From Vulcanimicrobiota bacterium (GTDB lineage: Bacteria; Vulcanimicrobiota; Xenobia; Xenobiales; JADMJV01), in contig JBFWNU010000014.1 of NCBI GenBank assembly GCA_050250895.1, positions 1-59,879 of the forward strand: DNA of 59,879 nt. The letters are read 5' to 3'. Shown in pieces: positions 1 through 9,191 of the stretch; within the stretch, counting starts at the first letter, position 1; each line of letters starts with the position of its first letter. The notes beneath the pieces were generated by a model that was given only the letters and a program-made list of their open reading frames with translations, ran no database searches and was not told the DNA's origin. Made by a program: the position numbers and the translations under genes.

Positions 1-16
1 GCCGAAAAGTCGGCAA

Positions 17-53
17 CGAATCAGCAACGATTTACCGATGGCGAATCAGCAAC
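17..53. repeat. 12-bp direct repeat CGAATCAGCAAC x2 (17-28, 42-53), candidate integrase arm-type sites
   Basis: Exact repeats seen, plus a related TCGGCAAC at 10-17, about 30-70 nt from the tRNA fragment. Confidence 0.45.
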
Positions 54-80
54 TTAGCATAAACGCTACGAGTGTAGCGG

Positions 81-127
81 CGTTCGGGACGAAGAGGTCG
101 TAGGTTCAAATCCTATCGCCCCGACCA
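81..127 (+). mobile_element. 3' half of tRNA-Pro(CGG), probable att site (duplicated tRNA end) of an integrative element lying left of the window
   Basis: CG-TTCGGGA-CGAAG-AGGTC-GTAGG-TTCAAAT-CCTAT-CGCCCCG-ACCA gives anticodon loop, T-arm, acceptor 3' strand and CCA. Upstream sequence cannot supply the acceptor 5' strand or D-arm, and the anticodon stem pairs only at its inner 2 bp. Confidence 0.8.
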
Positions 128-130
128 ATT

Positions 131-154
131 AAACCCGCTAGTGATAGCGGGTTT
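131..154. terminator. Intrinsic terminator, probably bidirectional
   Basis: AAACCCGCTA-GTGA-TAGCGGGTTT hairpin between the tRNA end and a convergent ORF. Confidence 0.8.
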
Positions 155-160
155 CGTCTT

Positions 161-400
161 TTACTCGGCCAATCCCAGCCGCACGGGCACGGCCTCTATT
201 TGCCACTGTCCGTTGAGGTCCTGGACCAGAAAGCCCACCTCATAGTCGCCGCTGGGCAGCTCTTGCAAAGACAGGTCGATACTGTCGACCTCTTCCAGGT
301 CGAGTTCGGCCCCCGCAACGCGTTGGGTCTCGCCGTTTTCGTCAACGCAGGCGTAGAGCGGGCGCACCCGGTCTCCGGCCGCGAGTTCGAGCTGACGCAC
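161..400 (-). CDS. Small protein or remnant resembling the C-terminal beta domain of long clostripain-family proteins
   Basis: GDRVRPLY...LPSGDYEVGFLVQDLNG pattern. An in-frame TAG lies shortly upstream, so there is no catalytic domain. Confidence 0.4.
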   Translation of the reverse strand: MRQLELAAGDRVRPLYACVDENGETQRVAGAELDLEEVDSIDLSLQELPSGDYEVGFLVQDLNGQWQIEAVPVRLGLAE

Positions 401-527
401 GCGGGCGGAATCGCGGCGGGTGGCCTCACCGCGGCGGATGAACTAGCGTTTACAAGGTGTTAATTGGCCCGACCCCCAATTTGTATATCTTACTGGCGAA
501 GGATTCAGCCAGGAGGAAAGAAAGAAA

Positions 528-1004
528 ATGGTTATTTCAGCTGCTCACACCGCACCCACCACTCGCCCGGCCGCCCAGGCCCCTAAATCCCCCGCCTCGC
601 CGAAGAGCCTCGCCGCCGACGTTTTGACCCTCGGCGCCACCCGCGAAGGCGAGAGCTACTACTCAGCCGGAAAAGTTTTGACCCGCGCCGCCAGCGGAGC
701 CATCGGCGGCGCCATCACCCTCTATCTGTCGGGCGGCGGCATCGGTAACACCGCGCTGCTCGGCGCTGGCGTCTACGGGGCCATCGGCGTCGTAGTCGGC
801 GGCGTAGCCGGCGCCATCGCCGGTGCTGCTTCCGAGACCAGCCCTGTCGGCGGCGCCGCCATCGGCGCGGTCGTCGGCGGCGGAACCGGTGCTGTCACCG
901 GAGCCATCAAAGGCGCTATCCTCGGCGGCGTGGCCGGACTGATCGGCCAGGGCCCCGTGTCCGGCGCCATCGCCGGTGGCCTGCTCGGCGCTGCTGGACT
1001 GTAG
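528..1004 (+). CDS. Glycine-zipper membrane protein
   Basis: AGGAGG SD; many GxxxG repeats (GAIGG, GAVVGG, GAILGG). Confidence 0.75.
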   Translation: MVISAAHTAPTTRPAAQAPKSPASPKSLAADVLTLGATREGESYYSAGKVLTRAASGAIGGAITLYLSGGGIGNTALLGAGVYGAIGVVVGGVAGAIAGAASETSPVGGAAIGAVVGGGTGAVTGAIKGAILGGVAGLIGQGPVSGAIAGGLLGAAGL

Positions 1005-1477
1005 TGCGAATCTCTGGCTATTCTAGCTTGCCTGTTCCCGCTCGCCCGAGCGGGGACTGCGGTTGCCCCCGCGGTCCACAGGACGAGCTGACCCCGGCTC
1101 CTCGCGACGACGACGAAGAAAAGCTCAAACGCACTTTTCTCTGGTCGTTCGTGGGGGCCGGAGCCACCGCAGCCACCACCCTGGCTTGCACCGCCGCTTA
1201 CGCAAGCGGCGGGCATCCGCTGGGCTTTCCGGTGGCCGCCGGCCTGACTCTGGCCGGCGGAGTGGCTGGAGCCTTGCTGCTAGGACCCGAGCTGGATTCT
1301 AGCAAGAAGCATCTAATGGGCTTCTCGGCCGGAGCCGGAGCCCTGGCTCTAGCCGCGACCTTTGGCGCCTCGGCCGGCCTGTCGTCGAGCCCCGCTTTCG
1401 CGGGTCTGGCGGCGGCCGGAGCGGCGGGCGCATTCGGCTTTCTGTATGGGGGCTTCGGAGCTCTCATCTTGACATAG
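1004..1477 (+). CDS. Hypothetical Gly/Ala-rich membrane protein (about 4 TM)
   Basis: Start overlaps the previous stop; hydrophobic segments; followed by a terminator. Confidence 0.65.
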   Translation: MRISGYSSLPVPARPSGDCGCPRGPQDELTPAPRDDDEEKLKRTFLWSFVGAGATAATTLACTAAYASGGHPLGFPVAAGLTLAGGVAGALLLGPELDSSKKHLMGFSAGAGALALAATFGASAGLSSSPAFAGLAAAGAAGAFGFLYGGFGALILT

Positions 1478-1502
1478 ATTCGGCGTCGAGAGTGACCGAA
1501 AG

Positions 1503-1530
1503 AAAACCCTCGCGATTCGCGAGGGTTTTT
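1503..1530. terminator. Bidirectional intrinsic terminator
   Basis: AAAACCCTCGCG-ATT-CGCGAGGGTTTTT between convergent genes. Confidence 0.85.
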
Positions 1531-1573
1531 GCGTTAGCGCTTGCCGGGGCGACGCTTCCCGGACACGCCTTGC

Positions 1574-2701
1574 TCAGCTGCCTCCGAGCGCGGCCTTGAA
1601 GAGTTGACGATGGGTGTCATAGTCGAGCGGACGCGGATTGGTGGCGGCGCTGGGATCGGCTGTCGCCTGCCTGGAGAGTTCGTCGAGGGCCGCTCCGTCC
1701 ACTCCCAACTCCTGGAGCGTGGCCGGGATCTCCAGTTGCTGGCGCAAGTCGAGAATCCAGTCCAGCAAGCTACCGGGCAGCTCGAGGTAGCGCTCTAGTC
1801 GGGGCAGCTTCTCGCCCAGGTGGGACTGGTTGAATTCGAGCACGTAGGGCATGACCACGGCGTTGGTCAAGCCGTGGTGGGTATTGAAGAGGCCGCCCAC
1901 CGGATGGCTCATAGAGTGGATGGCCCCCAGACCCTTCTGAAAGGCTACCGCTCCCATTAGCGACGCCGCCAGCATCTCGGCGCGTGCTGGCAGGTCGGTG
2001 CCGTCGCGGTAGGCTTTGACCAGCGAGTTCTTGATCAGCCGCATCCCTTCCAGGGCTACTCCGTCGGCCATAGGATGAAAGGTCGGGCTGCAGTAGGCTT
2101 CGAGGTTGTGGGACAGGGCGTCCATCCCCACCGCCGCCGTTAGGCGGGCGGGCATTCCCACGGTCAACTCGGGATCGGCGATGACCAGGGCCGGAACCAG
2201 GCGGGGATGGAAGATGAGCCGTTTGCTGTGGCGGGCCGCGTCGGTGATGACGGCCACCCGGCCCACTTCGGCGCCGGTGCCGCTGGTGGTGGGCACGGCG
2301 ACCACCGGGGCCATGCCGGCCACCTCGACCCGCTGGTAGTTGTCGCCCTCGTCTTCAAAGTCCCACAGGGGGCGGTGCTGGCCCACCATGAGGGCCACCG
2401 CTTTGCCGGCGTCGAGCGAACTGCCGCCACCCACCGCCACCACCCCGTCGCAGCCGGCAGCCCGAAAGGCTTTTAGCCCCTCCTGGACGGTCTCCCCGGT
2501 TGGGTTGGGACGAACCTGATCGAAGACGGCCGCCTGGGGCAGCAGGCTGCGCACCTTCGCGAGCACGGGGGTGCGGGCCAGCTCGGGGTCGGTGACCACC
2601 AGCGGGCGGGCCATCCCGGCCTGGACCAGGGCGGCCGGCAACTCGGCCAGACGTCCGGGTCCGAACCAGATCGAGGTGGGATAATTCCAGTTGACCTTCA
2701 T
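1574..2701 (-). CDS. Iron-containing alcohol dehydrogenase
   Basis: GGGSSLDAGK, PTTSGTGAE, DALSHNLE, H-x-MSH and HG metal ligands. Confidence 0.92.
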   Translation of the reverse strand: MKVNWNYPTSIWFGPGRLAELPAALVQAGMARPLVVTDPELARTPVLAKVRSLLPQAAVFDQVRPNPTGETVQEGLKAFRAAGCDGVVAVGGGSSLDAGKAVALMVGQHRPLWDFEDEGDNYQRVEVAGMAPVVAVPTTSGTGAEVGRVAVITDAARHSKRLIFHPRLVPALVIADPELTVGMPARLTAAVGMDALSHNLEAYCSPTFHPMADGVALEGMRLIKNSLVKAYRDGTDLPARAEMLAASLMGAVAFQKGLGAIHSMSHPVGGLFNTHHGLTNAVVMPYVLEFNQSHLGEKLPRLERYLELPGSLLDWILDLRQQLEIPATLQELGVDGAALDELSRQATADPSAATNPRPLDYDTHRQLFKAALGGS

Positions 2702-4059
2702 GGAAGCTCTCTCCTGTAGTGATACGATTTGGGGCGGGTGAGTTGTTCATAACCTACCCGAGAGAGGGTGCACCCTCGGCCCGAGTCTTTGACCCCCACC
2801 CAGGCCAGCGCCGGGTCAAGGTAGTCGCAACGGTTCAGAAAGACGGTTCCCGTTTCGAGCTGGTCACCAAGCTCGAGGCAAGCCTCGAGATCCCGGCTCC
2901 AAAGCGAGGCGGTCAGGCCGTAGCGGCTGTCGTTCATCAAAACCACGGCCTGGGCGTCGCTGTCCACGGGCATGACGCCCACCACCGGGCCGAAGGTCTC
3001 TTCGGTCATCACCGCCATGCCGTGATTGACCTCGGTCAAGATCTGCGGGGCCAGATAGGCTTGCTCCGGGGGGCGGTGGGGGAGCAGGGCCCGGGCTCCT
3101 TGAGCCAGGGCGGCTTCGGTTTGCTCGAAGACGGCCCGGGCCGCCCGGGCCCGCACCATGGGACCAAGGCTGGTGCTCGGGTCGAGGGGGTCCCCCAGCA
3201 CCAGCTTCTCGACCTCGGCTTGGAAAGCTTCGAGGAACGGCTGATAGATGCGGCGGTGGACATAGATGCGCTCGATGCCGCAGCAAGACTGTCCGGAGTT
3301 GAAAAAGGCGCCGTCGGCCAGGTGAACCGCGCACTTTTCCAGCTCGGCGTCGGCTCGAACGTAGGCCGGGTCTTTACCGCCCAGCTCGAGACCGGCGGCC
3401 ACGAACCGTGACCGCAGGGCTGCTTGCACCGCCCGGCCGCCTTCTACCGAACCAGTGAAGGCGACCTGGCTGATCGAGGGGTCGGCCAGCAGTTGCTCGG
3501 TTGCCTGGTGAGTCAGGTGGAGAAAGTCGAACAGACCCGGCGGACCGCCGGCCTGCTCGAAGGCGGCCACCATGCGCTCGGCGCACAGCGGGGTCTGCGA
3601 GCTGTGCTTGAGGAGCACCGCGTTGCCGCTGAGCAGGGCCGGAACCACCGAGTTGACGGCGATCAGATAGGGATAGTTCCAGGCCGCGACGACCAGCACG
3701 ATCCCCAGGGGCTGGCGACGGATAAAGCGCCGAAAGGCTGGGCTGTGCTCGATTTCGATGTCGGCCAGCGCCTCGGGGGCAAGCTCGAGCAGCCTGAGTG
3801 CTCGCTCTTTAAAACCGCCCAGTTCGCCCGGGGTCTGGCTGATGGGACGCCCCATCTGACACGTGATCTCCTGGGCCAGTCCGGGCTGGCGCAGGAACGT
3901 ATCGAGGAAGGCCTCGAGCACTTCCATCCGTCGATGAAGAGCGGTTCTGGCCCAGTCTTGTTGGGCCTCGGCGGCCCGCGCCAGGCGCGGTTTCGGGTCG
4001 ACGTATTCGCGCTCGAGATAGACCTTGCCATCGATGGGTGAGACGACCTCAAATGTCAT
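2698..4059 (-). CDS. Aldehyde dehydrogenase
   Basis: AWNYP, FTGS, LELGGKDP, FNSGQSCC, EETFGP. Start placed at MTFEVV; 4-nt overlap with the ADH gene. Confidence 0.92.
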   Translation of the reverse strand: MTFEVVSPIDGKVYLEREYVDPKPRLARAAEAQQDWARTALHRRMEVLEAFLDTFLRQPGLAQEITCQMGRPISQTPGELGGFKERALRLLELAPEALADIEIEHSPAFRRFIRRQPLGIVLVVAAWNYPYLIAVNSVVPALLSGNAVLLKHSSQTPLCAERMVAAFEQAGGPPGLFDFLHLTHQATEQLLADPSISQVAFTGSVEGGRAVQAALRSRFVAAGLELGGKDPAYVRADAELEKCAVHLADGAFFNSGQSCCGIERIYVHRRIYQPFLEAFQAEVEKLVLGDPLDPSTSLGPMVRARAARAVFEQTEAALAQGARALLPHRPPEQAYLAPQILTEVNHGMAVMTEETFGPVVGVMPVDSDAQAVVLMNDSRYGLTASLWSRDLEACLELGDQLETGTVFLNRCDYLDPALAWVGVKDSGRGCTLSRVGYEQLTRPKSYHYRRELP

Positions 4060-4150
4060 GGCCGGCAGTTCGCCGAGCCGGGCCGGGCGCCTCTCGACAA
4101 GTTCCCTACCCACGGGGGGGAATCGTTCCCGACCGCGAACTCGGTGCGGT

Positions 4151-6256
4151 ATGTCCGAGGAAGAGAAACCTCAGCCACCAGAGAAGCCGCGCCTCAACCT
4201 CCCTCCAGGCCAATTGGTGTTCTGGGCGAGTTGCGTGGGTCTCTTCCTGGAGTTGGCCATCATCCGCTGGGTCTCATCCGAGGTTCGCGTCTTCGCGTTT
4301 TGCAAGAATCTGGCCCTGGTCGCCTGTTTTCTCGGCTTTGGGGTGGGCTGCTTCCTGTGGAAAAAGGGCGTTTCGTTGGCTCGTTCTCAATTGCTGCTGC
4401 TGTTGTTTGCGCTGGTGGTGGTGCTGCCCTGGCGCCCACTGAGACTGTACGGACCCCAAGAAGTATCCACCGTCATGGCCCGCATGCCGTCGATGATGGT
4501 GTGGCAGACGGCCGCCCCCGAAGTGGCCTGGACCGACTTTCTGGGCACCCTCTTTGCCGTGGGTTGGACGACCGCGCTCTTCTTTACCATCGCTTTGATC
4601 ATGCTGCCCTACGGACAGTTGACCGCCAGCGGCATGAACGAGATTCGTCCCGTATTGCGGGGCTATTCGGTGAACGTGGCCGGCAGCCTCACCGGGATTC
4701 TGCTGTATACCCTTACTTGCGTAGAATGGCTCTCGCCCTTCTGGTGGTTCGCGGGGGCCGCCGCGGCGGCGGTGTGGTTGGGCTGGCGCCACAGTGAACG
4801 GCAGCTACTGGTCGGTCTGGCCATCGCCCTGGGGCTGGTCTTCATGCCCAATAACAGCCCCCAGCGCCAGACCACCTGGTCCAACTATCAGAAACTGACC
4901 CTGGCCGACCATCGCCATATCTGGGTCAACAACGTCGGCTATCAAGACATGTGGCACATGCCGCTCGAGAAAGATCCCGAGATCGTCGAACGGTTCAACA
5001 TGCCTTATCACCTGCGCAAGCCGCCGGGCAAGGTCCTCATCGTAGGGGCCGGCAGCGGCAACGACGCTTCAGCCGCGCTGGTGGCCGGGGCCAAAGAGGT
5101 GACCGCAGTCGAGATCGACGAAGCCATCTATCGGATCGGTCAGAAGTATCATCCCAACCAGCCCTATCGCGACCCGCGGGTGTGGGTCGTACTCGACGAC
5201 GCTCGGCATTTTCTCAAGACCACCCAGGAGAAGTACGACGTCATCGTCTTTAGCCACCTCGACTCCCACACGGTCTTGTCTTCGTTCACCAATGTCCGCC
5301 TGGACAACTACATCTACACCGTCGAGTCGTTCGCCGAGGCGCGCAGCCGCCTGGCCCCGGGTGGTATCCTCTACGTCTCCTTCTACTCCGAGCAGCCCTT
5401 TATCGGGCCTCGACTCTATCACAACCTCACCAACGCCTTCGGCCACGCGCCCGTATTTATCGAGGGGTCTCGTCCGGGCGAGCAAGAGGACTATTGGAGA
5501 AACCTGCATTTTCTCATCGGCGAGCCCGAGGTGATGCCCGAGATCGAGGCCGAGGTCCCCACCTGGGACGGCTACAAGCTCATCACCAACCCGGACCCCA
5601 CCATCATCGCTTCCACTGACGCCTGGCCGTTCTTGCCGCTGCTCAACCGGCAGATCCCGCCGATCATGCTTTTGATCTCGGTGACCATCCTGCTGGTCTC
5701 GGTGGTCCTGGTGCAGCCCAATCGCCCTCGCGAAGACCGTTTCGACGGTCGCGTCTTCTGGCTGGGAGCGGCCTTCATGCTGCTCGAGGTGCACAACGTT
5801 TCGCGCCTGTCGCTGGTCTTCGGCACCACCTGGCACGTCAACGCCTGGGTCATCGCCGGCATCCTCAGCGTCATCCTGCTGGCCAACCACGTGCGCTTGC
5901 ACTATGGCCAGGCCTTTCCCAGGGCCACCAATATCGGGCTGTTCGTGAGCCTGGCGCTCGCCTTCGTGGTCCCTTTGGAGGCGCTCACCTTCTCGTCGCG
6001 GTTCTTGACCGGCCTGCTTGCCACCGCCATCATGACGGCTCCGATCTTCTTTGCCGGATTGGTTTTTGCCGACGCTTTCGCTGAAACTTCTTCGCCTGGC
6101 TTTGCCCTGGGATGGAACGTTCTCGGCTGTGTGGTCGGTGGACTTTGCGAGAATTTGTCTTATCTGACGGGGATTCCGGGTATGATCCCTCTGGCGGCGC
6201 TTTTCTATGCCCTGGCTCTGTCCTGGCCTGTTCCTGCCCGGCAAGAGGCGAATTGA
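4151..6256 (+). CDS. Multi-TM spermidine synthase-like (SAM-fold) membrane protein
   Basis: N- and C-terminal TM bundles flank VLIVGAGSGND, VEID and DDARHFL motifs. Confidence 0.8.
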   Translation: MSEEEKPQPPEKPRLNLPPGQLVFWASCVGLFLELAIIRWVSSEVRVFAFCKNLALVACFLGFGVGCFLWKKGVSLARSQLLLLLFALVVVLPWRPLRLYGPQEVSTVMARMPSMMVWQTAAPEVAWTDFLGTLFAVGWTTALFFTIALIMLPYGQLTASGMNEIRPVLRGYSVNVAGSLTGILLYTLTCVEWLSPFWWFAGAAAAAVWLGWRHSERQLLVGLAIALGLVFMPNNSPQRQTTWSNYQKLTLADHRHIWVNNVGYQDMWHMPLEKDPEIVERFNMPYHLRKPPGKVLIVGAGSGNDASAALVAGAKEVTAVEIDEAIYRIGQKYHPNQPYRDPRVWVVLDDARHFLKTTQEKYDVIVFSHLDSHTVLSSFTNVRLDNYIYTVESFAEARSRLAPGGILYVSFYSEQPFIGPRLYHNLTNAFGHAPVFIEGSRPGEQEDYWRNLHFLIGEPEVMPEIEAEVPTWDGYKLITNPDPTIIASTDAWPFLPLLNRQIPPIMLLISVTILLVSVVLVQPNRPREDRFDGRVFWLGAAFMLLEVHNVSRLSLVFGTTWHVNAWVIAGILSVILLANHVRLHYGQAFPRATNIGLFVSLALAFVVPLEALTFSSRFLTGLLATAIMTAPIFFAGLVFADAFAETSSPGFALGWNVLGCVVGGLCENLSYLTGIPGMIPLAALFYALALSWPVPARQEAN

Positions 6257-6415
6257 GACCCGGCGAGCCAGAGGTTCACAAGCACGCAACAACCCGGACG
6301 ACGGGGCAACTTATTATTCACAAAAGATTTTGTGGAGGTCTTTCGTGGTGGAGATTATTTACGTGGAAAATGCCGAACTGATCACGATTCTCACCAGCTA
6401 TCCCGGCTTCGTGAA

Positions 6416-7636
6416 TTAGACTTTTCCGTCCCAGCCCGAGTCTCTCGAGAGGTCCAGGTCCGCATAGTAGGCGCCTGGGCCTTCTTCATGGTCGCCGGCC
6501 AGATGCAGTGACATCCCCTGGGCGTGCTCGTAGTCGACCGAATAGAAGCGGTTTTCTACCACCGTCTGCCGGACGGCCTGGCCTAGCTGGTGCGCCGCCT
6601 GGCGTAGCTCGGGCCCCAATCCCTCGTCTTCGGCCACCAGCTGGGCGAAATGGCCGACATCGCGCAGTCGCTGAAACGAGTGTCCCTCGGCCTGGGGCCC
6701 GACTTCTTGCGTGCGCATGAAGTGCTGGGATTGGCTGGCCAGTTCGCTCAAACGCTGACCCTGGTCGGCTGCCGCGGCGGCCTGACGGAACTGAGCCAAG
6801 GCCCCGGCAAAGCTCTCCATCTGGCTCAGGTCCTGGGCCGAGAAGGTCAGGCTCGAGACAGGGTTGAGGCTGTTGATGACCACATCCACCGCGTCGCGTG
6901 CGTCCAGGTTTCGAGCCCGCATTCCCTTGCCCAGCCTGGCATAGTCGAGACCGGCCGTAGAGATGACCTCTTCCGAACCCAGATAGAACTCGGCGTGGTC
7001 TTTGAGCTGATAGCCGATCTCAGCCCCTCCCAGCAGGCAAGAGTCGGCCACGACCACCTCGGCTTTCTGGCCGCCGCGGGCAACTTGGAGCGCGGCCAGA
7101 CCCGCTTGCAGGTCCTGAGGGCTCAGGCCCTGGCCGTGCAGGTCGTCGTGCAGGCCACCTTTTGGACCCTCGCCGTGGCCACCGAAAATGACCATGAAGT
7201 GTTCGGCCGGATACTCGCGGTGGGCCCACAGTAGAAAGTCGATGAAGCTCTGGCGGGCCCCCATGTTGGTCTTGCCTAGCTCTTCCACCCGGTCCGGGCG
7301 CTTGGTGCAGGGATCGAAGGCGCCTTTGCGGGCCAGGTGCAGCCGTTGAGCTTGACCCCCGCGCGAGCCCGAGCTGATCTGGGCCACGAAATCGGTAGTC
7401 TTGGAAGAGCCGGGGTCGGCCAACCGGTCGATTTTGGAGTGCTCCTGGGTCTCGAGGTCCGAGTTGCCGTTGGAGTAGACGACCACTGTCCACTCGCGGG
7501 CGGGGGGAGCAAACAGCCTCTTGAGCGGCGCCAGCCACCCCTTCTCGAACCGATCCACGGGCTCGCCCGACGGCGGCGGTTGGGCGGCTTGACGTGGGCG
7601 AGCTGTGAGTTGGACCTGATCGGGCCGGATGACCAT
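6416..7636 (-). CDS. Clostripain-family (C11) cysteine peptidase
   Basis: WTVVVYSNGNSDLE, GHG (catalytic His), DSCL (catalytic Cys), GSEE. Confidence 0.85.
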   Translation of the reverse strand: MVIRPDQVQLTARPRQAAQPPPSGEPVDRFEKGWLAPLKRLFAPPAREWTVVVYSNGNSDLETQEHSKIDRLADPGSSKTTDFVAQISSGSRGGQAQRLHLARKGAFDPCTKRPDRVEELGKTNMGARQSFIDFLLWAHREYPAEHFMVIFGGHGEGPKGGLHDDLHGQGLSPQDLQAGLAALQVARGGQKAEVVVADSCLLGGAEIGYQLKDHAEFYLGSEEVISTAGLDYARLGKGMRARNLDARDAVDVVINSLNPVSSLTFSAQDLSQMESFAGALAQFRQAAAAADQGQRLSELASQSQHFMRTQEVGPQAEGHSFQRLRDVGHFAQLVAEDEGLGPELRQAAHQLGQAVRQTVVENRFYSVDYEHAQGMSLHLAGDHEEGPGAYYADLDLSRDSGWDGKV

Positions 7637-7707
7637 CGTCTCTATCTTAGCGCAAACTCTGCGATGGTTACAGCGATTTAACGCTTTGCCCGCCAAACTC
7701 TGTTGGG

Positions 7708-9162
7708 ATGGGGCTTATGCAAGCCAAAGAAACCGAAGATATCGGTCTGGTCGAGTCGCTGCGGCTCCTTTTCGGAGCCTCCAAAGCCTTCTGGTTGGTG
7801 AACCTCGTCAACCTGGGCGACGGCATCTGCTATTTCGGAATGCTGGGTCTCATGACGCGCTTTCTGGGCGTCAACCTGGGGATGTCCGACAAGTTGACCG
7901 GAATGACCATGTCATTCTACCTGGGTTTCGTCACCCTGTTCATGCTTGGCGGCGGCTACATGTCAGACTGGCTCGGCGTGCGTCGGGCCCTGTCCTGGTC
8001 CCTCGGGATCATGGGTATCGGACGTATCATCCTGTCGGCCGCACCGGACCAGGGCGGTCAGTGGGCGGCCTGGTTCGGACTGTTCCTCATGGCCTTCGGA
8101 ACAGGGGTATTGCAGCCTGCTCTTTATGCAGGGGTTAAAGAATTTACCGACGAGCGCACCGCCACTGTCGGCTACGGTATCCTCTATGCCGTGATGAATA
8201 TGGGGATTGTGGGGGAATTCCTGGTTTCGCCCTGGATCCGGACTAAAGAGGTCGATCTCTACTTCACCAAGATCGTGGGTCTGGGCTGGGGCATCGACGG
8301 CGTGTTTTGGACGTGTACCGCCCTGACTGGCCTGGTCCTGCTGGCTCACCTGGCGCTGTTCACCAAGACGGTCGAGCAGCAATGTCGCGTTGGGGAACCG
8401 CCCGAGGACACTATCGACACCCGAGGCCTGGCCGAGAGGGTTGCCGACATGCCGATCTTCAATCCCAGGTTCGCATACTTCATCTTCATTCTGTTGCCGG
8501 TGCGCACGCTCTTCGCCCACCAGTGGATGACCATCCCCGACTATGTCTTTCGTTGCTTTCCCAAGGAGGTGCACGACAAGTTCGAGTGGATCAACGCTTT
8601 CAATCCCCTGATTATCGTGATTTTCGTGCCGCTGATCGCGGCCGCCACTCGCAAGTTCAAGGTCATCGACATGATGATCGTAGGCACTTTGATCAGTGCC
8701 TTGACCACGTTTCTGCTAGTGCGACAGCCTGACGTTCGCTTTCTGCTGCTTTACGTCATCCTGTTCTCGCTGGGTGAGGCCGTCTGGTCGTCGCGCTTTC
8801 TCGAATACGTGGCTGATCTGGCCCCTCCGGGCCAAGTCGGAGCATACATGGGCATCGCCGGTCTGCCCTGGTTTTTGGCCAAGTTCACCACCGGTTTCTA
8901 TAGCGGGGCAATGATCAGCCACTATATCCCCGAGCACGGAGTGCAACATCCGGGCCAACTCTGGTTGATCTACGGCCTGGTAGCCCTGGTCAGCCCCATC
9001 GGCCTCGTCCTCGGCCGTAGCTGGATTCTGCGGGGTGAACGTCCGACCGTGGCTCGGGTCCAAAAGCCGGCCACCGGCTTCTCGCCTGAGCCCGATGTCG
9101 AAGCTCCGAATGAGCCGGCCGCCGAACTCGAGGAGCCGCAAGAGCCCACCGTTTCATCCTGA
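7708..9162 (+). CDS. MFS transporter (POT/peptide-like)
   Basis: About 12 TM; GGYMSDWLGVRR motif A; FSLGEAVWS. Confidence 0.88.
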   Translation: MGLMQAKETEDIGLVESLRLLFGASKAFWLVNLVNLGDGICYFGMLGLMTRFLGVNLGMSDKLTGMTMSFYLGFVTLFMLGGGYMSDWLGVRRALSWSLGIMGIGRIILSAAPDQGGQWAAWFGLFLMAFGTGVLQPALYAGVKEFTDERTATVGYGILYAVMNMGIVGEFLVSPWIRTKEVDLYFTKIVGLGWGIDGVFWTCTALTGLVLLAHLALFTKTVEQQCRVGEPPEDTIDTRGLAERVADMPIFNPRFAYFIFILLPVRTLFAHQWMTIPDYVFRCFPKEVHDKFEWINAFNPLIIVIFVPLIAAATRKFKVIDMMIVGTLISALTTFLLVRQPDVRFLLLYVILFSLGEAVWSSRFLEYVADLAPPGQVGAYMGIAGLPWFLAKFTTGFYSGAMISHYIPEHGVQHPGQLWLIYGLVALVSPIGLVLGRSWILRGERPTVARVQKPATGFSPEPDVEAPNEPAAELEEPQEPTVSS

Positions 9163-9191
9163 TTTCAGGGCCTGGCCCTAGGCTTGTCGTG

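Noticed and set aside
50-127. Complete tRNA-Pro gene
   Set aside because: No 5' strand complementary to CGCCCCG, no D-arm and a broken anticodon stem, so it is treated as an att fragment.
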